Counted from the stretch's first letter, positions 10,772 to 20,236 are shown. The stretch is 64,000 bases of DNA from Candidatus Latescibacterota bacterium (GCA_965206595.1 OZ242214.1:416001-480000); one strand, 5' to 3'. The notes: generated from the letters alone by a model not told the origin. Translations and numbers: made by a program.

Positions 10772-11569
10772 CTACCTGAACCTACCAGCGGCTTCCCGTA
10801 ATTCAAAGATGTTATTCATCTGTTCCGCGTTTGGTCTACGTCCGATCTTACCTAAGAAATCGCTCGCAACATCGGAATCGGTGATAGGCGTATCGCCACT
10901 GGGGTCGATTGCTGAGTCGATATACTGCACTGCCTTTGCGAGCTGCTTGGTATGGGCTATAAATGCTCCGGCCCTCGGTTCAATAACAACCTTGTTCCCT
11001 ATCTGTGAGTCGAGCAACCTTATGCTGATGTAGTTCAAAACTGAATGAATTTCGTCCAAGGCGTTCCCCACTTTTTCAATGCTTGCAGAAGCCAAGGGTT
11101 CAGGATTGGGTCCTATTACTCGGGAAAGGTCAGTATGAGCGATGACTCTGTTTCTCCAGTCACGCGCAAATTCTCCAGATTCAATCGCAGTATTGACGCG
11201 ACTACTCACTTCGCAATGCAATTCTGCATCTTCGCAAAGCTCCGGCAGCTTCAAGATGGTAAGATTGTCCTTTCCCTTGCCGCTACTAACAGGGTCGGTC
11301 AACTTGCTCACGAGCAGTATTAGATTCTCCCAGAATACCCACTGAACATGCAAAAGAAATCCACCCATAATTGCTCTTAGAGGTTTGGCATCCTCAGCCC
11401 TGGTGAGTATCCGAAGCTCTCTGATTGTTATTGTTCCCCAACACCAGTTATTTACCAAGGCATGAAATATTGTCCCGAATTCTACCCCGAGCTTATCCTG
11501 GTACTCTTGCTTTACTTCAGACGAACTTCTTTGTCGCCTCTCTGTCATTTTCCATCTTCCTTTTGCCAT
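10772..11569 (-). CDS. HEPN-domain protein (AbiU2-like), putative RNase/defence effector
   Basis: LILLVSKLTDP...NLTI and RNRVIAH (R-x5-H HEPN-type motif); AT-richer. Confidence 0.7.
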   Translation of the reverse strand: MAKGRWKMTERRQRSSSEVKQEYQDKLGVEFGTIFHALVNNWCWGTITIRELRILTRAEDAKPLRAIMGGFLLHVQWVFWENLILLVSKLTDPVSSGKGKDNLTILKLPELCEDAELHCEVSSRVNTAIESGEFARDWRNRVIAHTDLSRVIGPNPEPLASASIEKVGNALDEIHSVLNYISIRLLDSQIGNKVVIEPRAGAFIAHTKQLAKAVQYIDSAIDPSGDTPITDSDVASDFLGKIGRRPNAEQMNNIFELREAAGRFR

Positions 11570-12133
11570 CTTCTGTTCTCATTGGGGAAGCATTCAAATC
11601 GTATCACTTCTGGTTTCCCCTGTTCCAGTTGCACTTCCTGTTTCATTTTCATGGCTTGTAGGGGGCGTATTTCTTCGCCGCGGTATTGCAGCCGACGAAC
11701 AGAACCCCTGCGATGAGAAGATTCACTGCCTCTCTGTCATTCCTTCACCGGAACATCGACATCGACTTCGATCTTGGCGCGCGCCTTGACCTCATAGGGT
11801 GGACGCTCCAACGACTTCTTTCTCAAGGGTCACCGTCGTGGCCGTAGAATCCCCAATCGTAGTCACCGGCGATCCGGGCTCCTCGTCCCAAGGATCTTTG
11901 TCGTCGGGCGGATTGATCAGGTCCCAACCCGACAGAAGGATGGCCGTGGCGAAGATGGTGGCCTGGAGCAGCGTGAAGACAGTCATAATACTCTTTCCTC
12001 AAGGGTTTCAAGCGAAACTTCCAGCACAATCGCCACTGGAAGGATTCGATCTGGCGGTGCTGTTCTCAACGGCAAGGCGAGGATATCGGCATCCCCTTGA
12101 GCGGAACGGACCTCAATCAGAGGTCGCCAACAG

Positions 12134-12214
12134 GAACGGCATGAATCACGCTGCGCGAACTGAACAACTACCCCGAGCAGGGGGTGAGTGTCAGGGAATT
12201 ACCATCACTGTACA
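12134..12214. repeat. ~80-bp direct repeat, copy 2
   Basis: Matches 10670-10752 and lies 10 bp beyond the stop codon of the 12224..12991 gene. Confidence 0.85.
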
Positions 12215-12223
12215 CTCTTGCAT

Positions 12224-12991
12224 TCAGTCCTCCTTCATTTTTCTCAGGTCAACAATTTGATCTACAGTCAATTCCTTTTCTATGGAATTGCAGATCTCAA
12301 CCATGCGAGATTGAAATGGCGAAAGAGGGCCTTTCTTATCCTCTCTCCACCTCAAGTGAAGAAGATATCCCAAGCAATCTGGCAATACACCACCAGGTAA
12401 ATTCTTGGCATAGAAAGATACGTCCCCAATTTTGCTATGATCAATTGACATATCCCCAGGAGATAAAAATTCGCTCATCCATTGATTGCTCACCGTGTTT
12501 CTCTGGAAAATAAAATATTGTAGGGGGGAATCGTCTCTTTCCATGAAGTAATGGAATAGATGATCAGATCTGGCAGAAGCCTTTAGTCCCATAAAGCACA
12601 TGGGAATCAACCATTCTTTTTCAAAGTTGATGTAGCTCTGTTTGCGACAATTATGGAATAACTCCTCCGCCCTTTCGTTTCTCCGATATCCAATTCGGAC
12701 AATAGGTATCTTCATTTCATTAATTATTGACGCCAGCCCTTCCATGAATTTAAACTTCGTTTTATCAGGCTCGTCAGGGAATAACTCGCATGCGTGTACT
12801 TCGGGAAGGCTGGGAATATGGTTACGAGGCGATGGGAATAAATCTCTGAGAAGAGAAAAGTATTTTTTCCTGAAAGGCACAATCTGAGTTGCCATGAGAT
12901 ATACGCCAGTCAGTGCAGTTACTTGGTTTTTCCTGGATTCGGTATGATCCGCATACTTTTCGTCAAGATAAACATGAACAGATTCAACCAT
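12224..12991 (-). CDS. DUF3800-like (RNase H-fold) protein
   Basis: N-terminal VYLDE, internal EVHACEL and C-terminal LPDCLGY resemble the DUF3800 pattern. Confidence 0.5.
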   Translation of the reverse strand: MVESVHVYLDEKYADHTESRKNQVTALTGVYLMATQIVPFRKKYFSLLRDLFPSPRNHIPSLPEVHACELFPDEPDKTKFKFMEGLASIINEMKIPIVRIGYRRNERAEELFHNCRKQSYINFEKEWLIPMCFMGLKASARSDHLFHYFMERDDSPLQYFIFQRNTVSNQWMSEFLSPGDMSIDHSKIGDVSFYAKNLPGGVLPDCLGYLLHLRWREDKKGPLSPFQSRMVEICNSIEKELTVDQIVDLRKMKED

Positions 12992-13068
12992 CTAGAGTAA
13001 CCTCCAGGAGAAAAAATGGAACCTTACAGAGATTATCATCACTGTACAGATCATCCTTCTCCGGTTAT

Positions 13069-13962
13069 CTATCTGTAGTTCGGAATCTCCAACCTTCCCT
13101 CTTGCACCTTCACGAGATACTGGAAGAAGTTTTCTCGATCATACCCCCTCATAAACTTGCAAATCTTGCGTAGCTCACCAGGAATCTGGTCACGAGAAAT
13201 TCCAGGATGAGGTGAGTTACCAGGATGTAGAAATCGTATGGCATACTCGACATTCTCGGTTATCAGGCGACTGATTCCAGAGTATATGCTCTGAAAACGA
13301 TCTTTTCTTCCCCCTTGGCCTTCCATAAGAGTGTTGGCCATTTCAAACATCTCTTCGTGCAGGGCACGACAGAGCCTTCTGGTGACATTCGGATACTCTA
13401 CCTCATCCTTCAACCTAATGAACTCATCTTCCAGGATGTATCTGATTCCTCTCGCTACTTCCAGCATCGCGCCAATGCTCACCTTCGGTTGTCTTGCACT
13501 GTCCTCGGGAAAGCCCTCAAGGAGGAAATACCTCCAAGTAGTATATCCATCCTGTCTTCCTCCATCTCCCCGAGCACCCACGTCAAGTTGATCGAGAAAA
13601 GGTTTCAACGTACGAAGAGGAATGTAGCTGTGCAGTTCAACGTACCCCTCGTACGTTCGATCCAGAGTTTCCTTGTGTTTTTCGCTCAGCTTTTCATACA
13701 GCCTGCTCAACCGATGTCCCCAACCGGATTTACCTGTATGGAACTGGATGAGTAGCTTCAGTCCCTGCTCTATGGCGGAATATGCCGACGGGACCCACAC
13801 CCACCCCTGAATCCCTTCATAGTCAGGTGCCATGTCAGGGGCTACCCCACCAGACTTATTGTACATTTTTGAGAGCGCGCTGATGGCCTCGGCAGTTCTC
13901 ATGTACGCAGGTCTCAAATGGTTGTCACTCGGCATTGCCGTTGCCTTCTCCCCTTCAGTCAT
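13069..13962 (-). CDS. HEPN-like domain protein
   Basis: AIEQGLKLL...GHRLSRLY...WRY pattern typical of HEPN domains; GGAG RBS before ATG 13962. Confidence 0.55.
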   Translation of the reverse strand: MTEGEKATAMPSDNHLRPAYMRTAEAISALSKMYNKSGGVAPDMAPDYEGIQGWVWVPSAYSAIEQGLKLLIQFHTGKSGWGHRLSRLYEKLSEKHKETLDRTYEGYVELHSYIPLRTLKPFLDQLDVGARGDGGRQDGYTTWRYFLLEGFPEDSARQPKVSIGAMLEVARGIRYILEDEFIRLKDEVEYPNVTRRLCRALHEEMFEMANTLMEGQGGRKDRFQSIYSGISRLITENVEYAIRFLHPGNSPHPGISRDQIPGELRKICKFMRGYDRENFFQYLVKVQEGRLEIPNYR

Positions 13963-14606
13963 TGGACAGTTCTCCCAATGTCCAGTACACAGTTTCCCCA
14001 TCTTTCGGAAGCCGTAGAGCCTGTCGCGTACTGCTTGCCTGAGCAAGTAGAATCTGGAAGCAGTCCATGAGATCGTCAGGAACTCCTCGACAAAAAGCTG
14101 CGCGAGGCCGAGAACTAGAGAACGCCGAGCTGGACCGGGAAAGCGACCGGCTCAAGTGCCTGTATAATGCGACGGTAGAATACCGATCAAAAGCGCGATT
14201 TTTCCGATTATCTGGTATAACCTAATAGAAAGCATTTATCCCCTCACCTCCAGGACTGCATCCCACCGAATCACGGTTTCCAACTTCGCAAGTACCGCCG
14301 ACAAAGGCGACCCGGGAACCGGCTTTTCCTTCCGTGGTTCCCCGTTTCCCTAAATCTCATATCACGCTGAGTCCATACCGACCCTTCTTGCAGACAACAG
14401 CATAGTAGTGAGTTGACGCAGTTGCCGCTACCGATTCGCTGAATTCTGCCACGGGGTTCTTCTCCGAATCCCGATCCTGCCGGAACCCGAATACCTGTCA
14501 ACACCCTGCCCGTCAGGCTGTCTCAAGGCGAGGTCAGGGCCGGTCTGTGTCCTTCTGTCTGATGGTGGCCACCGATAATCACCTCCCTGAAAAAAGGAGA
14601 ATAAAG

Positions 14607-14813
14607 ATGACGCAAGATCAGCTGAAAAGGGCCAGAGACGCCCTTGGCATGAAGCAGTGGGAGCTGGGCATCGCCCTCGGTGTCAGTGAGGCCGAAGTGT
14701 GCCTGTGGGAGAAGGGGAAGCGAACGATGCCGGAAAGGTATCTCCGTCTCATGGGAGCGATCATCCATCACCAGGAAAATGGCTTACGCCTGTCCTACAA
14801 AGCTGGGTCGTAA
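14607..14813 (+). CDS. XRE/Cro-like helix-turn-helix protein, copy 1
   Basis: MTQDQLKRARDALGMKQWELGIALGVSEAEVCLWEKG; RBS AGGAGA. Confidence 0.85.
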   Translation: MTQDQLKRARDALGMKQWELGIALGVSEAEVCLWEKGKRTMPERYLRLMGAIIHHQENGLRLSYKAGS

Positions 14814-14816
14814 AAG

Positions 14817-14969
14817 ATGGTTTTCAAGCCGGTCTGCTGTAAATGCGGCCAGGAAATCAGGCCCTATCACCTGTTCTATATGCCCACCCCCGGCGAGTAC
14901 CTATGCATCCCGTGCAGCGAGAAGGAAGACCCCGAAGAGGAAAAGAAAACTGCCGACGATGACGGATAG
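14817..14969 (+). CDS. 50-aa Cys4 zinc-finger microprotein with acidic tail, copy 1
   Basis: MVFKPVCCKCGQEIRPYHLFYMPTPGEYLCIPCSEKEDPEEEKKTADDDG*. Starts 3 bp after the HTH stop, and the frame is conserved in copy 2. Confidence 0.65.
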   Translation: MVFKPVCCKCGQEIRPYHLFYMPTPGEYLCIPCSEKEDPEEEKKTADDDG

Positions 14970-15202
14970 TTTGTGGGCAGGGGAAATCGAGTAGGTTGGA
15001 ACGGCAATTTGTCCGTCTGTTGAACTATGCCCCCCGAGCGTAGTCCCTTGAGCCGGAAAGAGAGCTCCTGCATTTTGCCGATTCGCAAAGACCCGCCTTT
15101 CGGTTCCCTCTGCCAATTTTCTCCCCCACCTCTCCGGGACAGGCGATTTCCATTCATATACTATCAGGATTGCTCTTAGAAGATTGTTCATCGATTGCCT
15201 CT

Positions 15203-17539
15203 CTATCGGAGTAATAGAAGGCGTTGTGATTGCTTCCCTCCAGAGTAGGTTAGTCGGACAAAGTAAACTCCTGATGCCTGATCCCTGGCATCCCAGGAAG
15301 TTATATAAGAACCAGCTGGGTGCGCCCGACTAACCAAGGTGTTCACCTGTTGCCCCAGAATATTAAACACGCCGAGGGATACCATACCGGGCTCTGACAA
15401 GCGGTATGGTATCTGTATCTGATTGTTGAATGGATTTGGGTATGGTTGCAGCAGCACTGACTTTATTGGATACTGCCCCGTAGTCTCGATGGCAGTTGGA
15501 ATCTTTTCTATCTGACGACTCCATATCTGACCCTGGTGGCCCACAACTATCAGTCGATTTCCAGCCCGATCCATTCGAGTAAGATAAGGGCCAAGTCCCT
15601 CACTGAAAACCGCCTCTTCTACCCAGTTTCTTCCTCCATCAGTTGTATGCAATATACGATCACCGGCAACCCATCCAGTTTTTTCATCCAAAAAAAACAC
15701 ACTGTTAAGCACATAATTTCGAGCAAAATCCCTATTGTATCCCCAGAGGCCCCTATATCCATCTTCTGTGGAAGTATATTGTACAGAAAGGTGCTCCCGT
15801 TCAATCCTATAAATTATTTCTCCGCTACCTCCGGCCCATGCTGATCCGGTCTCAAACCCAAAAACACCACCGAGAATACCACCGGCACTCCAAGCCGATC
15901 CAGTTATTCGATTCCAGGATTCCCCTCGGTCTCTGGTTTGAAAAATCATAGCCCCATCGTCCCAATCGGTTGATCCCGTTTGTTCAGTAAACCCCCCTAC
16001 AATCCATCCCCAATTGCCAGAAAAATAAAAATCTCTGAAATGTACCCATCCACAGCAGTTCAACCGCTCACAGATTCTCTCTCGACATTCCCCATCGGTT
16101 CCTTTGTAGTCTTCAGGAAGTTCCAGTTCCACCTCTTCCCAGGAAAGCCCTCCATTAATGGTGTGAAAAAGATGCTTGTTTGCTATTATCCAGCCTTCAG
16201 ATTGGCTATGAAAATAAACCCGTCGAGGACTTCCCCCTCTGTACTTCTCTGGCAGAGGGAGGTTATCATAGATGATGCTCCAGGTAGTTCCTCCATCTTG
16301 CGTTTTAACCAGATTTTGACCTTGAACCATCAGTCCGTTATCCCTATCCCAAAACCAAACCGCAGAGCCTCCCTCCGTACTTACCTGCCTCCAGGTATTC
16401 CCGCCATCTTCGGTTTTTAAAACTCCTTCATAGCCCACAGCCCACCCGGTTTGGCCGTCAACAAGCCTCAAATCAAAAAGGTCCCAGGATACAGTACTGC
16501 GGTGAATCTGCCAATCTTCGGGGACTGCAATCGATAGATTTTCATCGGGTTGGACAAACTCTGTAGTAGTAATTTGAGACGACAAATCCCACAGATAGAT
16601 ATTTCCACCCTCATAGGCTCCTCCATTAGCCATAATGGTTCCGTCTGGAGAAAATGCCACAATATCAAGTTCCCCAGACTTCTCAAACTTCATGCTGCCA
16701 AGCATTGTTCCGGATACTACATCCCACAACTGTAGTTCTCTGTAGCCTACCTTTACAGCTGCAATAGATCCGTTGGGAGAAAGGACAGATTGGCCATAAT
16801 CATAATGCCCGAACAAGTGGCCGATTATCTGCCCGCTGGGAAACTCTCGGATGCGGACAATTCCTCTTGTGTTAATGGTAACAATTGTTGAGCCGTCGGG
16901 GTTTATGACATACGAAGTAATCTCATCTGCCCCATCTTCCCCCTTAAACGAAGATATCTTTTCTCCGGTTTCTGCACTTGTTACATAAATTCCTCCTCCA
17001 TAACTTTGTTTGATTAACACTTTTCCGGTTGGATCAAAAGTAATACGTCCTGAATAATGAACACCACCCCAATCCTCCGAAGGAAATACTTCTTCAAGTT
17101 CCGTCATATCCCATACTCGTAGCGGTGCAGAATACCCAACACTTGCCAATACAGATCCATCAGGGGAAAACGCCAAGTCTCTTATACTACCGTCATCCTT
17201 GCTTAGGGAGTCCAGTAGGTCTCCGCTCTCCACATCCCAAAGATGAATGCGAGCTCCTTTATGTTCTCTCCACGGTTTTTCACTCCCGCTGGCCAGAGTG
17301 GCTCCATCAGGAGAAAACTCCAATGTGTTTACAAAAGGTTGAGATATGACAACCATCTCTGTGGAACTGGCTATATCCCATATCCGTATTCCATCCCGGT
17401 GGCTGCTGGCCATCAGTCGAGAGTCCTGTGAGATAACAAGGTCAGAAACGTCAGCCGGTGTCTCCAATTGAAAAACATCTTGACCCTGAACACTTACCAC
17501 CGAAAAACTCAGGGATAGAACTAACCCAAGCTTATTCAT
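15203..17539 (-). CDS. Secreted WD40 + YCF48/BNR beta-propeller protein with PNPFN (T9SS/FlgD-like) C-terminal domain
   Basis: Signal peptide MNKLGLVLSLSFSVVSVQG, FSPDG repeats, TxDGGxTW Asp-boxes and QPYPNPFN...SGVYFVRL...RLLLLR. Confidence 0.85.
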   Translation of the reverse strand: MNKLGLVLSLSFSVVSVQGQDVFQLETPADVSDLVISQDSRLMASSHRDGIRIWDIASSTEMVVISQPFVNTLEFSPDGATLASGSEKPWREHKGARIHLWDVESGDLLDSLSKDDGSIRDLAFSPDGSVLASVGYSAPLRVWDMTELEEVFPSEDWGGVHYSGRITFDPTGKVLIKQSYGGGIYVTSAETGEKISSFKGEDGADEITSYVINPDGSTIVTINTRGIVRIREFPSGQIIGHLFGHYDYGQSVLSPNGSIAAVKVGYRELQLWDVVSGTMLGSMKFEKSGELDIVAFSPDGTIMANGGAYEGGNIYLWDLSSQITTTEFVQPDENLSIAVPEDWQIHRSTVSWDLFDLRLVDGQTGWAVGYEGVLKTEDGGNTWRQVSTEGGSAVWFWDRDNGLMVQGQNLVKTQDGGTTWSIIYDNLPLPEKYRGGSPRRVYFHSQSEGWIIANKHLFHTINGGLSWEEVELELPEDYKGTDGECRERICERLNCCGWVHFRDFYFSGNWGWIVGGFTEQTGSTDWDDGAMIFQTRDRGESWNRITGSAWSAGGILGGVFGFETGSAWAGGSGEIIYRIEREHLSVQYTSTEDGYRGLWGYNRDFARNYVLNSVFFLDEKTGWVAGDRILHTTDGGRNWVEEAVFSEGLGPYLTRMDRAGNRLIVVGHQGQIWSRQIEKIPTAIETTGQYPIKSVLLQPYPNPFNNQIQIPYRLSEPGMVSLGVFNILGQQVNTLVSRAHPAGSYITSWDARDQASGVYFVRLTYSGGKQSQRLLLLR

Positions 17540-18294
17540 TTTGAAAACTCCTGCTATGAGTCTGTGAGAACCTCTCGACCGATGACCATAAGTCCAGGAT
17601 TCAAAATGGATATTTCATTGATAAGCCAACCCTGAAGACGGCTTTCCAGATCCAACGGCACCGATTGCACTTGTAGCAAATGGGTTTCTACCGGGGAGTC
17701 TACTTTCCAAAGCTGTATTTCATCCGGCATTCAATTCGCACTCTTCAGTTAGAGAATCCCTGACTCTTCGTCGGCCAAAGCCTGTAGCCGCCTTCCCTGA
17801 CCTGGAAGGCCGTTTTCCTCGTTCTCCCTTGTGGTTGCGTTTTATCAGATCCGCGATTTTACGAAAAATCTGGTATAATATAATAGAGCAAGAATTTATT
17901 CCCCTCCCTGCAAGACCTGCAACTGCGCGTCTTCCGCGATCCGAAGGACTTCATCCGAACCACGGTCTCTAACTCCGCCAGCACCGCCGACAAAGGCGAC
18001 CCGGGAACCGGCCTTTTCCTTCCGTGGTTCCCCGTTTCCCTAAATCTCATATCACGCTGAGTCCATACGACCCTTCTTGCAGACAACAGCATAGTAGTGA
18101 GTTGACGCAGTTGCCGCTACCGATTCGCTGAATTCTGCCACGGGGTTCTTCTCGGAATCCCGATCCTGCCGAAACCCGAATACCTGTCAACACCCGGTCC
18201 CGTCAGGCTGTCTCGGGGCCGGTGCAGGGCAGTTCTGTGTCCTTCTGTCTGTCGGTAGTCACCGACAATCACCCCTGAAAAATGGAGAATGAAA

Positions 18295-18501
18295 ATGACG
18301 CAAGATCAGCTGAAAAGGGCGAGAGACGCCCTTGGCATGAAGCAGTGGGAGCTGGGCATCGCCCTTGGAGTCAGTGAAGCCGAAGTGTGCCTGTGGGAGA
18401 AGGGGAAGCGAACGATGCCGGAAAGGTATCTCCGTCTCATGGGAGCGGTCATCCACCACCAGGAAAATGGCTTACGCCTGTCCTACAAATCTGGGTCGTA
18501 A
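18295..18501 (+). CDS. XRE/Cro-like helix-turn-helix protein, copy 2
   Basis: Near-identical to 14607..14813 (I/V and A/S differences). Confidence 0.85.
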   Translation: MTQDQLKRARDALGMKQWELGIALGVSEAEVCLWEKGKRTMPERYLRLMGAVIHHQENGLRLSYKSGS

Positions 18502-18503
18502 AG

Positions 18504-18656
18504 ATGGTTTTCAAGCCGGTCTGCTGTGTATGCGGCCAGGAAATCAGGCCATATCACCTGTTCTATATGCCCACCCCCGGCAGGCACCTATGCATCCCCT
18601 GCAGCGAGAAGGAAGATCCCGAAGAAGAAAAGAGAACTGCCGACGATGGCGGATAG
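18504..18656 (+). CDS. 50-aa Cys4 zinc-finger microprotein, copy 2
   Basis: MVFKPVCCVCGQEIRPYHLFYMPTPGRHLCIPCSEKEDPEEEKRTADDGG*; all cysteines conserved. Confidence 0.65.
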   Translation: MVFKPVCCVCGQEIRPYHLFYMPTPGRHLCIPCSEKEDPEEEKRTADDGG

Positions 18657-19032
18657 TTTGTGGGCAGGGGAAATCGAGTAGGTTGGGAGGCAATGGGCTG
18701 AAGCCTCTTTTCCGTCTGTTGAACTATGCCCCACGAGCGTAGTCCCTTTGAGCCGGAAAGAGAACTCCCGCATTTTGCCGATTCGTCAAGACCCGCCTTT
18801 CGGTTCCCTCTGCCACTAATCCACTCACCTCGCCGGGATAGGCGATTTCCCATATCCCTCACAGACCTAACCAACGGCTGAAGGCCATCGGCATCACCAA
18901 GAGCACGGCCCCATCGAAGGAGGCGGATCTAAGAGCAATACGAAATGTCCCAAATTGGTTGTCACGAGCTCCGTGAACGAAAGAAAATAATATACCTAAC
19001 TTGGTGATAACTCGCTTCCTTTTGGCACTGTT

Positions 19033-19353
19033 TCAGTCTGAAATCTCGAAAGAGGCCCACAGGTTCATCGTGCTTATACTGTTGGCCAGCTCAAGGGAGG
19101 CAATCTGGATATCGAAACCGCTGGTATTGCGTAGGGTGATCTCCCACGCTCCGGTAACATCGAACCCTTCGTCCGTTTCCCTGCTGGACAAGAAACGCCA
19201 GCGGGTATCTGCCTCGATGGGGGAGCCTTCCCAAGACAGACCGTCTTCTTCGTGGGGTGCAGTGTTCAGGCGGACATCGTTCGACGGTTCGACAACATCG
19301 GGCTTGGAATTGCAGGCCAACAGCCCAATTAGACACAGAATTCCGGTTCTCAT
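19033..19353 (-). CDS. Small putative lipoprotein (possibly truncated)
   Basis: MRTGILCLIGLLAC lipobox-like N-terminus. Confidence 0.5.
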   Translation of the reverse strand: MRTGILCLIGLLACNSKPDVVEPSNDVRLNTAPHEEDGLSWEGSPIEADTRWRFLSSRETDEGFDVTGAWEITLRNTSGFDIQIASLELANSISTMNLWASFEISD

Positions 19354-19367
19354 AAGCCGCCGGTCCC

Positions 19368-19821
19368 TTACTTGAGTCGTTGGTAGCGACCTCTTCCTAC
19401 GCGCTTGAGTTCGCCCAAGCTATTTGTGAGATGTACAATTATAATGTTGCTCAGGGTTCTATCGGGTGTACTTCGCCCAGATATGGTAGGGGAGGACAAG
19501 GTATCTCCCTCGACTGTAACGAGCAGGGTATCGCCCTCGATGGAGTAGGCGACTTCTCCCTCGAATCCGGCAACGAAACTATCTACCAAAGCCGGGCTGC
19601 GAGGGATCCCGAGGTTCTGGTAGAGGCTCCAGTTCTCCATCCGGACCAGCCGTAACTGTGACAGCGACTACCCGGTAAATCTCGTAGCTGTCTGCATCGG
19701 GAACAAGGGTCCATTCAAGATACACAAACCCCTCATCCTGTCCCTCTATCCATACAGAATCAGGAGCAGGAACACTCCATGCCGATTGAGCCAGTAGGAG
19801 CAGAAAGGCAAGGCGGGTCAT
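19368..19821 (-). pseudogene. Secreted hypothetical protein split over two frames (FN3-like start)
   Basis: MTRLAFLLLLAQSAWS signal, then LEWTLVPDADSYEIYR. Continues in overlapping ORF 19368..19640. Confidence 0.4.
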
Positions 19822-19869
19822 TCTACCTCTTCCTTCATTCATTCCAGATTTCAGACAAAGGAGCCTCAA

Positions 19870-20118
19870 ATGCCTTCAGAACTGCATCAACCTTCCCCAG
19901 CACTCGCAGTGATTGTCGGGGATGCACCGCTGTCCTGGGTGAAGATAGTCGAACTGGTAGGTGAATATATCAAGGTGAACAACCTGGAGGCGGAGCCGCC
20001 ATACATCGCCGTAGACGCCGCTCTACGGTCCCTGGTGGATCGGGGGGACAAGGTGTCCATGAACGAGCTTACAAGGGCGCTGAAGCGCCACATAACCCCA
20101 ACAGGAAGGAGTGTTTAG
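19870..20118 (+). CDS. Hypothetical protein (82 aa)
   Basis: AAGGAG RBS before ATG; plausible helical composition. Confidence 0.4.
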   Translation: MPSELHQPSPALAVIVGDAPLSWVKIVELVGEYIKVNNLEAEPPYIAVDAALRSLVDRGDKVSMNELTRALKRHITPTGRSV

Positions 20119-20236
20119 GAACTGCATAATCCGCGATAGCCCGGAAGCGAGATCCCATTATCCATGGAAAGAGCCATCCGCGACGACAAACCCCCTCCTG
20201 GAGCAAGGGAAACTCGTTCCGGTCCAAAACGCATCG

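Larger units (their letters stand above)
14190..15155 (+). repeat. ~1-kb direct repeat module, copy 1 (promoter-like motif, structured leader, HTH, Zn finger, structured trailer)
   Basis: Collinear, high-identity match to 17848-18855 over coding and non-coding parts. Confidence 0.92.
17848..18855 (+). repeat. ~1-kb direct repeat module, copy 2
   Basis: Matches 14190-15155. Confidence 0.92.

Noticed and set aside
11792-11986. 64-aa ORF with hydrophobic N-terminus
   Set aside because: Looks like a decayed fragment, and no family can be supported.
10670-12214. Integron attC sites
   Set aside because: No RYYYAAC...GTTRRRY boundaries, no clear overall palindrome, and no tyrosine integrase in the window.
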